Positions 35,100 to 47,739 of a stretch of DNA of 64,000 bases are shown piece after piece; positions within the stretch are counted from its first letter, which is position 1, and each line of letters opens with the position of its first letter. The stretch is taken from positions 372,001 to 436,000 of the forward strand of contig RDEW01000014.1 in assembly GCA_011109175.1 (NCBI GenBank), read 5' to 3'. The position numbers and the translations under genes are program-made. A model generated the notes under the pieces. The model had not been told where the DNA came from, searched no databases, and saw only the letters and a list, made by a program, of their open reading frames with translations. Origin of the DNA: Dicyema japonicum. Lineage: Eukaryota; Animalia; Dicyemida.

Positions 35100-38000
35100 A
35101 TGATCTGACTTATAAAGCAGATCTCTTCGTTCATTCACGAAGGTAGAAAATTATATATTCCAATGGGAAGACAACCGACAAACAAGTGATTCAATTTAAC
35201 AACCAAACATTTAGTCAAAGAAAGAAACTATTTTAAAAAAAGAACATCCCGTTGAAGGAGGATATAATAAGAATTCGTACACTAAACAAGGAGATTAACA
35301 AATATATCAGTAAAACGAACGAGAAACGCTGGACAGAACTATCAAAAGCCCTAACAGAAAATCCGTCAGTACAGAAGATCTGGAACAAAGTCAAGTCTAT
35401 CAAAAGGTCTTTTGATGAACCGCAAAATGGGATATCATTACAACCAAACACCTTAATGAAATACTATGCTTCCATAGCACATAAAAACCAAGAACACCAA
35501 GTACTCCTAAACAGAATAAAACCGAAAGGATCATACATGTGGACCATATTTACGGCGAAGGACGTCCAGTGGGCATTATCAAAGGCCCGAAACTCCAAAG
35601 CCCTAGGTCCAGACAATATTTCTACAACGGAACTAAAGCATCTAGGACCTCTTGCTCTAGATTTAATTGCTTACATATTCACAATATCAATCAATATGAA
35701 CATTATTCCGGATGTCTGGAAGTCTCGATGATGAAACTGAAACACCTTGGTGAAAAAGCAACCGAATTCCTATCGTACGTTTATACTCTATCTGTGAGCA
35801 ATAATATGATACCTTCTATATGGAAGAAATCCATAATTCTGCCAATTCGGAAGCCAAACAACCTGCAAACGATCCCTCTTCTTATCATACAATTGCAATT
35901 TTATTACGATGTCCCGAATTTTAGAAAAATTAATCTTAACACGAATCAAAGATATTGTACCAAATCGAGTATTCCAGCATGGATTCCGTGAAAATCATCT
36001 ACTACGACTCACTTAACAAAATTAACTCAATATATATTTAATGGATTCTCCTATCCAAAACCACATAAAAGGACCATAATGGCTTCAATAGACTTGAAGA
36101 AAGCATTCGACTCCGTGTCCCGGTCGCTGCTTATAGAAAATTTCTAAGTCTTATAAATCCAAACATTAAAAGATGGCTGTCGAATTTTTTAAATGGAAGA
36201 AGAGGACAAGTGATGTCAGACAACAGAAAATCTAAATTTTGTTTATTGCCGAATGGTGTCCCTCAAGGTTCACCTCTCTCTCCCCTGCTCTCAACCTGTA
36301 CACCAATGACCTTCCCACCAACGACGATCCCGATACATTAATACTCTCATACGCAGATGACATTGTTCTTTCAACGAGAGACTCTAACTATGAGAAGGCA
36401 GGGATGGAACTTCAAAGTTATTTTGGTATACTGGAACATTGGCTCATATCAAATCGACTGGAAGTTTCTACAGGAAAGTCGTTTATAACAATTTTCTCTA
36501 CATATAGAAGATCATTATACTCTCCCAAAACCAAATTGTTTGGATATGAAATTCTATGAATAAGTCTCCAACAATACTAGGAATAAAGTTGGATACTCTC
36601 CTGACATTCGGCCAACACGTCAATGACGTTATTACCAAGGTCAGGGGAGGACCAATATATTGAAAATTTTGTCCCGATCACCAATCGGGCGCAACACCTT
36701 CTTACTACAGAAAATTTACAGACAATACAGTAATCGAATACGCATGTCCTTCCTGGAGCTCGATGATTTCTGAATCGTCGTCTCAAAAATTAGAAGCCGC
36801 ACAACTTGCTGCCTTGAAAATAATAAATAAGAAAACTGTGGATAACGTATTGAATGTTAAAGAATATCTAAGGTGGAGAGTGAAGTCATTTCTACTATAA
36901 GCAATGAAAACCGGCTGTCCGCTTTCACTCCCTATATCTGACTGTTTAGAAAATGCAGGGAATCTATGGAGAATGAGACCGTCCCCGTTTCTACCAAATC
37001 TGTTGGATCTTCGAGGAACCCGAACGAGAGCAGAACCCGGAAAACCGGGATCATTTAGTCAGTAGTTAACTTTTAACTTTTTCTAATCCGGTGATCTTGG
37101 GGTAAAAAAATGTCTGGAAGAGATCATACATCAAACTGATCTTGAAGCCAAGAAAATCCGAAAATGACTTCTCTTTCTACAGACCAATCTCGATCCTATG
37201 TTTACTTTCCCGAATACTCGAAAGATTAGTTCTTGAAAATATCAAAGACTACATCCCGCTCTCTCCTTTCCAACATGGATTCCGGGCAGAACACTCCACA
37301 GCAACATACCTAACGTTCCTGTGGTAGTTCATTGCGGAGGGATTCAATTGCACTAAACCACACCAACGAACAGTCTTGGTCCTTTGATATAACAAAGGCT
37401 TTCGACACAGTCTCTAGAAAACTCCTTAGTGAGAAAATTTACGATACATGCATCCATCAAAACATAAAACTATGGATTACCAACTTCTTAAGTGGGAGAC
37501 GTGGACAAGTGATTTGCAATAACATAAAGTCAAAACCCCGTCTCATACCAAATGGAGTCGCTCAATGATCCCCACTATCGCTTTCCTTTTTCAATCTTTA
37601 CATAAACGACATGCCACAAACCTGTAATGAAAACTGACTAATATTCTTCGATGCCGACAATATTATTCTTGCCTCCAAGGACAGAAGCATTCAATCAGCG
37701 ACTCAGCACGCTCAACAAATTTTTGAAAAGTTGGAACTATGGTTCTCGAAGCGGATACATGACCCATCACCAACAAAGTCCTCTTTCACGATGTTTACTA
37801 CCTACAAAAGAAAGCTCTGTGTCAAACCAAAATTCTTTATGAAGAACGAGGCTATTCCTATTAGCAAAACACCGGAGATTATGGGATTCACCTTTGATCA
37901 GGGACTCACCTTTATCCGACATGATGAGAACATAGTAGCTTCAGCTCTGAGAAAAATGAAAATTTTAAAGGTACTCTCAAAAACACTTAGAGACCAAATT

Positions 38001-38200
38001 GGTGTCCTTGCCACGATTTATGTTCAATTTATCCGACCCATGATGACGTATGCAAGTCCTTCGTGGGCAATGCAGATTTCACGATCCTCCTCATTGAAAC
38101 TATCCGAAATTAAGGAAACCGCAATAAAAATAATAGGATCAGGTCACAAAATCCAGCCCATTGAAAATCTCTTAATCGAATTATAACGGAAACTCTTAAA
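35100..38200 (+). mobile_element. Outer APE-type LINE ORF2, interrupted at 35722/37110 by a nested LINE
   Basis: ...KALGPDNISTTELKHLG...IIPDVWK | VWKRSYIKLILKPRKSENDFSFYRPIS...FQHGFR...DITKAFDTV...NGV...TPEIMGFTFDQGLTF; the protein continues across the insert. Confidence 0.9.
35723..37109 (+). mobile_element. Nested 5'-truncated LINE, 11-bp TSD ATGTCTGGAAG
   Basis: TSD at 35712-35722 and 37110-37120; RT motifs FQHGFR, DLKKAFDSV, NGVPQGS, SYADD; A-tailed 3' end. Confidence 0.9.
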
Positions 38201-39439
38201 GAAGGCTAGTTTACAAAAGTGCACTCTATTCCATGCACAATTGAAATATCTACAATCATACAGAAATTTTGAGCCGATGCCGTATCCAATGAGAAAAGCT
38301 GTTCAGGATTCTCGACCCCACCGGACTCGTCCTCTCCCTTGTCTGTCGGGAATAGCCACGCAGTCAGGGCAGCTTCTATGTAACTTTTACTCTATTTTCT
38401 TTCTTCTTTATTCCTTTAAAAGATTTACACCAATTTTTGTTGGCATACCATAATTTGTGACAATAAAATCAAAAAAGTAACTCACTAATCACATTGTCCT
38501 GATGCCTAATTAAAGTTACCATATAAAATACTGAAGAGTACAACATAATTAAATGGATCCTGGAGGGACAAGACCTGAATGTATCAGCAGCTCGGAAGTA
38601 TAGAAGACTGAAAACTTACTTATGATAGACAGAAAGCTTTTATTTAATTTTAATTAAAATTTTAGGAGGAATAGCAGGAATTAAATATTATCGTCGTATG
38701 CTCGCATGTTCCGGAATTCGCTCCTTAACAAGTATGGGGTCGTATGTACGAACGTTCCGTAATATGCTCCTAACGGGTAGGGGGCATATTCCTATACTTT
38801 GCTTCCATACTCCCCGTATACCTAATATGAAGTGTGGAAAAATAATATTTATCACATTTTATTCCTAGGAAAGTTGTCTCTGACCGATACCAAAGAGAAT
38901 CGTGGTATTTATGGATTCAACACTTTTGTGGAATCAGTTCATGATAATCCAGAAAGTTTTAATTTAGAAGAATTGAAAGTTTTAGAAAATCTCAACACTT
39001 ATACAAAAGGTTTTGAAAGGGTAAATTTGCAGTCTTCGTATTAGAAAAGAATGAACAGGAAGATAGGAGTGGTTCTTTCACAACGACTAAAAAATCAAAA
39101 CCACTGAAAATAATAGTTAATTAGCACTTTTGTAAAATTGTTAATTTTGAGATAATAGATTATTTTTATTTTGACATTGATGGATCACTCTCAGCGCTCG
39201 CGACATATTATTATGACAAACTATACGCAATAACATTCACATAATTCAGTTTATTCTAATGATTTATGTAAAAGTTACTTGAATACTTAAGGTTTCTTTT
39301 ACGCCGTACTATCCTTCGTGTCAGTTTCTTCCATTCAACTTTTTCCCTTGATTGTCCGCTTTTTTCAGTTGCCCCACAATTCGGGCGTAATCATTATCCA
39401 GACAAAGTGTAATGTAAAAGCATGATATTTGAAATCAAA

Positions 39440-39660
39440 AGAACATTTATTTTGAAAAAAAAAATTAATCAAAAATGGACCCCGCTGACAATTCGACGTT
39501 GCGTTTCCACTCACGATTGCAACGGAGACCAACTGGATAAGCCACTTAGTCTCACGTGCGTCGTGGCTTATGATCATAGCCAGAAGTCCCAGCTTCTTGA
39601 GGAAACGAATCGATTTCCCGTTTATTCTTCCAGTTGTCTCAACTAATTTGAAATTAAAAA
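39440..39660 (-). mobile_element. CRE-like 3' fragment
   Basis: LVETTG..GKSIRFLKKLG...DARETKWLIQLVSVAIVSGNA. Confidence 0.75.
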
Positions 39661-40092
39661 TTAACAATAACTTTTTCTGATGCATACTAGCAGTTTAGGC
39701 ATAATATTCCTCCGCGATCTATGACCGATCTTTTCTGATGGCTGTATAACTCGGGAGGAGAGTGATAATTTTGTTTCTTGTAGAAATCATATATCGATGC
39801 TATTTTCTCTTTATATTACCATTCAGTTGTATGATGGAGATTTGATGGTCCAAGGTTTGGTTTGATGTCACCAGAGATGATCTAGTTGTCACCAGGTTAG
39901 ATGAGTAGGACCAATAAGAACGCCGTCCGTAAAAGAAAATTTTAGATTGAAGAAAATTCTTTTTCTGAATGCATTAGCTACATTCTGAGCACCTGAAAAG
40001 ATTTTTGTACTTGAACCACATGATGCATCGCTTAGTGACTCAGAAATACAAAAAAAGTTTTATTTAAGTATAAAGCCAGACAAATAATCAAA

Positions 40093-42867
40093 TCACTTTT
40101 TCTGACGCTTACCAGCAGGCTAGGCATAACAATATATTTTACAGCTTTTCGTATAGACTTTACGACCGGTTTTAGATCGAAACTACTCAATGAGGAAGTG
40201 TCAGACTCATCATCATTTATAAAATCCTTCACTCGCTTCTTGGCACGTTTTACAGACGAGACACTATACGGCATTACACATTTAGTCTTTTTTCTTGCAC
40301 GTGTCAACGCAGATTTTACCTTGAAAATAAAGAAATACTAAACATTAGTAGGAATAGCGCTGTAGGATGACTTCCCAAATTCAACAAGGGAAAACATGGT
40401 CTCCATGTCCTCCTTCTGCATACAATAGTGATTGAGCAGATCACTAACAACATTTATGCTATCGGTACTCCCACTCTTTCCCAGTTTTCTTATAATTATG
40501 TTACTCATAAAATTCATCCGTTCCATCAACAAGTCTGAGCAACACTGGTTGGCTATTCTACCGTGGAAAATGTTGTTTACCTCGTTTTTGAATGAAAGTG
40601 AATTTGACTTAAAAGACGTTTATTTTTGTTTTCCGTTGAATATTTTCCGAACCACGACGGAAAGTTGATACGACTTTTAAGGACTCCCTTAACGGTAAAA
40701 GGAGGCACAACGGTGGACCAAAAACCCTAGATATAAATAACATTCACACTGAGTGCGGTAACAACTCCCATGAAGGATTAGGTCCCCTAATCTGTGCATC
40801 CATCACATCAGCTATGCAGAACGCGTCGGCCGCCTTAGCAACACGTGTGATGTGATCATCTATTTGTCTACCATGGAAATAAAGAATACTTGGAAGATTC
40901 CGAAGCAGAGAGGGACGTGTAATTCTCAAACATAAAAAGCGGCACGAGAGAATAGTCAACAAAGAAATTAGACAATTTATCGTTCATTGACTTTCTCGCA
41001 AGTTCACTCTGAGAGAATGCTCTTCTGCAGGCTTCAAATATTTCCTCATATAAAACAGAATTAATACAATCTCGACATCTTTGTGGGCATTCGAGGACTT
41101 CTCCATAACCTGATCATATGTGAGGTCTCCGTCCCTACACCAGAGAGAAAGATTATTGATAATCTACATATATTGAAAATCCACCTGTCTGATGTCCCTG
41201 TTAGTTGATTCTATAATCAAATCCAAGGAATTTGGGTCAATCTTAAATTGTTCCTGTTTTAATATACTCATCAGTGATGTCTTTGTTGGTCAAACACATT
41301 CACCTTTATTTGGTCCACCCTCGGTCTCTGAAAAGGCAAATCATAACAATAATTCCGTAAAGTTCTTATTTTTGGCTCAGAACGGTTATTACAGATACAA
41401 ATAATTGGGTTTGGTGTACTTTTTATACAGGATATCAATTCCTAACAAAATAAACAATAGACTTGCCTGTATGCCTCCTCTGTCCTCATTCCCAGCAACC
41501 CCATCAACTTCATCCATTATCAAACACTTTGTGGGACCGGAACAGCCGAAGGACTGCTTTAAAGAACGGGACCCCACCCACTGTTTCATATAACCCTCAA
41601 TGCTCTTCTTTGAACGGCAATCGGATGCGTTCATCTCCAAATAATCAATATTCAACTCCTACACATGGAATTCTATTAATACCTCACAAACCACGTGGGC
41701 AGTCGTAGTCTTTCCGATTCCTGGGGGTCCAGAGAGTATAGCCGCCCTGAAATTTCCACCATCAACACTAGATGCGGGCGCTTCACCGCATTCCCAATTT
41801 TTTAGCCACTTTAATAGCTTGTTAGCACATGAATTGGGTCCTTGTTGGCCAATTAAGTCACTGATCTTTTTAGGTTTGTATTTATCAACGAGGAGTTGAG
41901 TACTTATTCTCTTAGTTGGTTTCACTAAGGGAACACGGGTCAATGGTTTCGTTCCAGCATTATCTGAGCTTTTTTGAGGTGCTGGTTTAGAATTTTTTAC
42001 AGGGAAGGTTTTGAGAAGGCCTATAAATCCGTCCTCGTCTAATGTTTGAGTATTCAACTCTTCAGCCTGAAAACAAATCGTAAGACTACTTTACTAAGCT
42101 TGGATTTTCCGCAATCCCGGCCATATATCAAATAATCAGTCTTTCTACTTACAGCTGAAGTAATCCTTCCACCATATCTTTTGATATTCCTCTCCACTTC
42201 CTCTCTAGTAAAGGATTCTAAAACTCCACTCAGCACAAATGTCATTCCCGTTAGACAATTATCTCTCGCCTGCATGAAAAGCGCTATCTACCTGAGGCAT
42301 TGTCTTTTCTCCCAGGTTTTGAGGAGGCTCACGGGAAATCATCATTTTGTAATTCATTCCCTTTGAAGTCGCCGCTGGTAAATCCTACAAAAATATTTAA
42401 TATTAAAAAGAATAATAAAAATTATATGACAAAATAATAAACAAACATTATTGGCGGGTAGATTCAAGTTGTTGTGAGTTTTTTGTTTTTTGGTGGAGAC
42501 TTATTGACCTATATATAAATTTATCATCATTACAATGTCATCAACCTGCTTAGTCTTATTAGCAGCTTTTGGTTTACTTTCATTTTTTATCTTTTTCGAA
42601 GCCTTTTTTGGTGGTTGAGTTTCACATTTGGAATCTATATTTCAAAATTCGAGTTAAACCAGAGGATTCGTCGCTTACAATGACTTTGCTTTTACGATTT
42701 TTCCTAGGTTTAGTTATTATTTTCGGTTCATCATCAATTGATTCCTTTTTATTCATGATAGGTTTCTAAAATTAAATAAAAACTATCAAAACTGCTATAG
42801 ATCTATTCTCACTTTTCTTTGAAAAAAAATTTCGTATATCCTACAGTTTTATTAAAACCCAAACCAT
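40093..42867 (-). CDS. RFC1: Replication factor C subunit 1, many mini-introns
   Basis: M|DIRNFF; BRCT NCLTGMTFVLSGVLES..REE..IKRYGGRITSAVSRKTDYL; LLVDKYKP; LSGPPGIGKTT; EMNASD.RSK; LIMDEVDG..GNEDRGG. Confidence 0.95.
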
Positions 42868-42989
42868 TTAAGCGCTGACTCACTTTAAAGCTACCTCAAA
42901 CTAAAACTTAATTTGAATATTTTTTAAATAAATTAAAATAAATAATTAATTACAGTAATTAGTACCCACTTTATTTAACCAACAATAAA

Positions 42990-45280
42990 AATTTAATATT
43001 TAATAATCAAAACCTTCCTCGCCTGCCTGTTCGCCAGTCTCCTCAGGAAGGTTCGATTCTGGTTGCTGAAACGACTCCGAGAGCGCCTTGTCCAATTGAG
43101 CCCTCTGCCCATATGCATTTCCGGGCTCTGCCTCCTATACTCCATTGTCAGGCTCTTTAGGGTCCGTTTTAATACAGTGGACTGCAGATAGGCCTGGAGC
43201 TTCCTATCTACCCCTAACTGTTTCAGATACCTTTTGTGGTACTTTGTTGTAATTCTTTTCCACGTCATTACTATTGGAATAACGAGGACCTTGCAACCAA
43301 TCATCTGCCTCATCTCGTTTGCAAGCAAGTCATACCTCCTTTTTTTTCCACCTCCACAGTCTGCAAACGGTATTGAAAAGTAATGCCAACCTCTATGATA
43401 AGAACTTGCACCACAATATCAGGTTTATTGTGCTTGACTAGCATCGAGGTACGGATAACAGTGTTTACCTTATTTTGGACCCTCGTGTTCTCTACTACAG
43501 ATTGCACCTTATGAGTCCGCAACTTTTGGTGTGGCGAATAACACACTTATTGCATAGTCGAAAATGAAAACTCCTTACTACCTCGTTATGCCTCCACACA
43601 TAGTCGTGGCAGAGCATGGATCCGCACCGAGTGGCTAAATGATCAACCGATATGCTCCTTGACTTACAATGAGGACATGTATTTGTTGATCGACCCCAAA
43701 AAATTGCGGTCTCGCACATACGTTTACAGCGCCTCCGGTCGAGGTGAGTTGTCACCGTATTTTATCCATATTGTCGACGAGTTAAGGTCGACATGTGAGT
43801 TGTCCAATGCTCTGAAGAGGACCTTATGAAGGCTTTTTAAGTTGATCTTTTCCATCAAATTATTATATAAAGTCCAGCTGATATGATCGAGTGGCTGTTA
43901 CCTCTGACTACTGCCAGGGATATCCTTTGGAAAAGCCACTCGGTTTCCCGACGCTCCCTCGAGGCTTTGGTCAATAGACACCCAAGTGCTCTAAGGAAAG
44001 AGACCGTCTTGGGGCCAAAGACTCCGCTCGTCTCGACGACCACTGGCTGTATATGAAAACGGTTTTAGGAGGCTGCTGTATTTCTTTATTTTTGAGTTTT
44101 CGGTTTAGGAGGCTGCTGTATGATTTGGCACACCCGGCATATCAATCCTCATTGGACTCCAATCAGAATTTGATCATGATGATTCTCCAGCTCCCATCAG
44201 AGTCGTCAAAGATCGAAGATTTGGTATACCCTAAAGTCAAACAACTCGGGCAGAGAGACCTTTATGAGTCTGTTTGCGAGGATAAATACGAGAGGCTTTT
44301 GAAAATATCTAACCAACACCGACGAGCCTGTCTTTTAACTGCAAGATGCGAGTGGAGCGGGGCTTGGATCAATGCCCTACCAATTGGAAACGTGGGAACT
44401 CACCTAGACGATGAAACGGTCCGCACCGGAGTCTCCATCAGACTTGGATTGAAAGTTTGTCAACCCCATGAGTGCCGATGCGGCCGGAAGGTCGACTGCT
44501 ATGGACATCATGCCCTTTCTTGTCGAAAAAGCGCAGGTCGATTCGCTAGACACAAGGCTATAAATGAAGTGGTGAAGCGCGCCCTCGAGTTGGCGGGATA
44601 CCATCCATTCTAGAGCCAACGGGCTTGAGTAGGGATGATGGGAAGCGACCCGATGGAATTACTGTCTTCCCCTTCTCTCGGGGCAAATGCTTAATTTGGG
44701 ATGCTGCCTGTACTGACAGCTTTTCCCAGTCGAAACTTTTGAGGTCGGCAATGAAAGCGGGAGAGGCCGCCCGTTTATATGAAAACTCAAAAATAAAGAA
44801 ATTATTATATTGTAATTCGATCAACGCCTTCACATTTACTAGCCCACCATCATCAACACCTTACTTAGCAGACAAAAAAGGTCTGATAGTGCCTAGGTGG
44901 GTTGCCCGTGTTTTCTCGGTCGTTATTATGGCGTGCTTCATAGCAGACACACTTGACCCAGCTATCAGGGTGTCGTGCATTCACATTAGGATACGCTCAC
45001 TTAGTTGGACTACTCACACAGTCCACGGCAGAATTTATTACGGGGTAAATATAGCCTCTTTTTATTGGGTGCCAGCACATGAACATGGTTCTCTTTGGGT
45101 ACTCCACGGATTACAACATCCATCTCATCATACTCCACAACACCTATGTAGTAATTTAGCAGCGAAACAGCATACTCATTTAATGCTAGGAACAAATTCG
45201 TTGCATTTAGAGACGTCTTACATAATAACGCTGCTCTTTTACGAATGCCTTCAGTAATTTGTCGCTTTGTCTCAGGCAAA
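42990..45280 (-). mobile_element. R4/Dong-like RLE LINE, 3' half, interrupted by a CRE insertion
   Basis: LCKTSLNATNLFLALNEYAVSLLNYYIG...KRLYLPR..RGL...CPHC..VDHLATRC..RHNEVVR...HNKPDI..IEVGIT...LLANEM...IPIVMTW. Removing 43869-44810 restores the reading frame. Confidence 0.9.
43869..44798. mobile_element. CRE-like element with 5' inversion (3' part on minus, 43869-44101; inverted 5' part on plus, 44122-44798), 12-bp TSD
   Basis: TSD AAATTATTATAT at 43857-43868 and 44799-44810. Both parts share the ENSKIKK breakpoint sequence. Confidence 0.9.
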
Positions 45281-46829
45281 GGGACCTCCTAAATTACAGG
45301 AACAGTTCTCATTTTGCCTTGCCCAAGTGAAGGCTTTGTAATGGAAATTCCCCCATCTCTACGAAAGGGTTATTAAAAAATTCAATTATATGATATGTAT
45401 CTTTCTAAGTTTTCTTGGAACTAAGCTGTTCCCTCCTTCGGTCAAAAGAGACACAAGTTCAGATTAACTAGAGTATATCTCTTCAATCAACTTTTACTCT
45501 AGATTTTTTCTGTCTTGAGGTACCCCAGTTACATTTATGGTTTTGTGACAATTACGACTAGACGCTTGAAGGTTCGTTAGTGAGGTTGAGCTAATTTCAT
45601 ACTTTTCATGAAATGAAATGTGGAAAACAGTATGGTGCCATGTGGCTACTTGATTGAAGATTTCTCTTCTTCTCTACTTGCTTCATCGAATCTACCTTAC
45701 TCCCAATGTCTCGGCATCTTCATTCCACCAGGAGACAATTTTGCTCCCTGGCTTCGTCTCAGCTTCCAGGATACTGTTTTTTAGTGCTCTTTATTCTTGA
45801 ATTATTAGAAAGTACAGAAACAATGTAATGGTTAATAAATAATTAAATGTAGTCACTACCCACGGGAGTTGACGGAGACTCGCACAAATTTGTTCTCTGA
45901 TGTAATGATCTTCTGTGTTTAGGTAATGGTAAGTTTTTGTTCGTTAGGTGGATGCCCGGCCGTATGTTCACAGATCATATTCTCTAGGATACTAAGGTTT
46001 CTTCAATATGGCCCGAATTATCTACTTGTATAAGTTAGAAATACATGCTCGTAATATATCATTAGAGTGTAGTTCAGAAATTATCAAATTACCGAAATTC
46101 TTCTCAACACATATACTGTGAGACTCGTAGGTATTTTTAGATAATTTTTGGACTGACTAAAACATAATAACGACATATTCGGGATGTCAATGGTTGCTAT
46201 AGCAATAAAGACATATTTCGGGAGCCAAGTCGTTTCTTTTTATAATATTTCGACTCGCTGGGCAAGAAGATTAGGCGGTGGTTTTTACCATTTTCCTAGT
46301 GACTTCTTAAATTACAGGAACAGTTCTCATTTTTATTTACCCCCAGTCCTTTCAAGTAGAAGAAACTGATGGCTTACAAAAAAGTCCCAGATCTGCTATA
46401 AGACAGTATTTTATCAGTTCTTTCATCTTCATATATTACTCTGATGATAACTTTCTTTTCAGATTGAATATAAATGTATTTTGTCTATGACAGTTTTTTA
46501 CTAAGTTAAATGAACTCCCCGTTACCCATAAACATATGAATATATAGGATTCCACGTGTACAGTGCTCTTCACTATCCGTTATACCAGTTTTCTCCATGT
46601 AACTTTCATCTTCCCACATATACGCAATAATCGAGGAAATCATTTGTTTACTGTTCGAAGAGAGTCCTCTGACGTGAAAGTTGCAATTATAAACGCGGTA
46701 GAATAAACAGACTGAGAGTACGGGCATGTCTAGAGGGGGCCATAAGGGCAGCCACCCCGGGCAGCACGCTGTAAGGGGCAACATATCTAAGCTATAGAGT
46801 TCACGTTATTAATCTATACTCATATATGT

Positions 46830-47040
46830 GCATCCCCCTCACTTTTCTTTCAGGTGACTGGAACGCAAAAATGGGAGCATGTCATAGAAAATCTCATTGG
46901 AGCTCATAGCAGAAAAATGAAAAACCTTAATGGTTATGCTCTGACTGCCTTTTGCTATGCAATTTGAATTTTTCTATGTAACATGGCATTCAAACATCCG
47001 ACACATGACCACTTAGGTGGGACAAAGAAAAAAAATAAGA
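46830..47040 (+). mobile_element. RTE APE endonuclease fragment
   Basis: GDWNAKMG...IGAH...LCNMAFKH. Confidence 0.6.
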
Positions 47041-47299
47041 ATGGGGATTAGTTCCCATCTATAATCAAATAGATTACATAATCTTTAAAAAAAATTTATT
47101 ACGCATAATTAAAAGTAAAGTTGTTATGATAGATCTCCATTATGGCCTGCAGAAATTGAGCACGCAATTGGAGTTACCTCTCATAATCGCGAGCCAAATG
47201 TACTGGAGAATCCATCAGTTTTACTTGATCTTCAATTTATTTATTCTCATGTAATAATAATATGTATGATTAAAAAATTAAAATTAATTAACAGCAAAA

Positions 47300-47600
47300 T
47301 TTTTAAGTTAGTTATGTTGTCCAATTAAGTCGCGTCCGACCCTTAGAGATCTCATGAACGAGTTTCCTCCACTCTCCTCGATCCGTTGCAATTTGGAGTA
47401 GCCTTGATATAGGCATTCCCGTGACGTCTTCCACCGTGGATAGCCACCGAGTCCTCGGTCGGCCAGGACTTCTTTCCCAGTAATATTGCTCATCATAATG
47501 GTTCTTTCCAGGGAATCAGAGCGGACAACATGCCCAAAGAACGCCAATCTGTGTTTTACGATTCTTCTTTCTAGCGAAATGTCCGTCTCCATTCGCTAAG
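47300..47600 (-). mobile_element. RTE-clade LINE 3' fragment
   Basis: HRLAFFGHVVRSDSLERTIM...GRPRTRWL...ATDRGEWRKLV. Confidence 0.85.
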
Positions 47601-47739
47601 TTCATCGAGTTATAGGGAAATCAATATCAACACTCCCCTGGGTGTCGACCACTCAACCAACAATTTTTAAGTAAGAAATAACAAGTACTCACACAGAAAA
47701 AGTTTTTTACTTATTTTTAAATAAAAATGATAAGGACAA

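Noticed and set aside
44625-45257. 210-aa ORF as a novel fusion protein
   Set aside because: It is the inverted CRE segment reading into the antisense strand of the R4 element.
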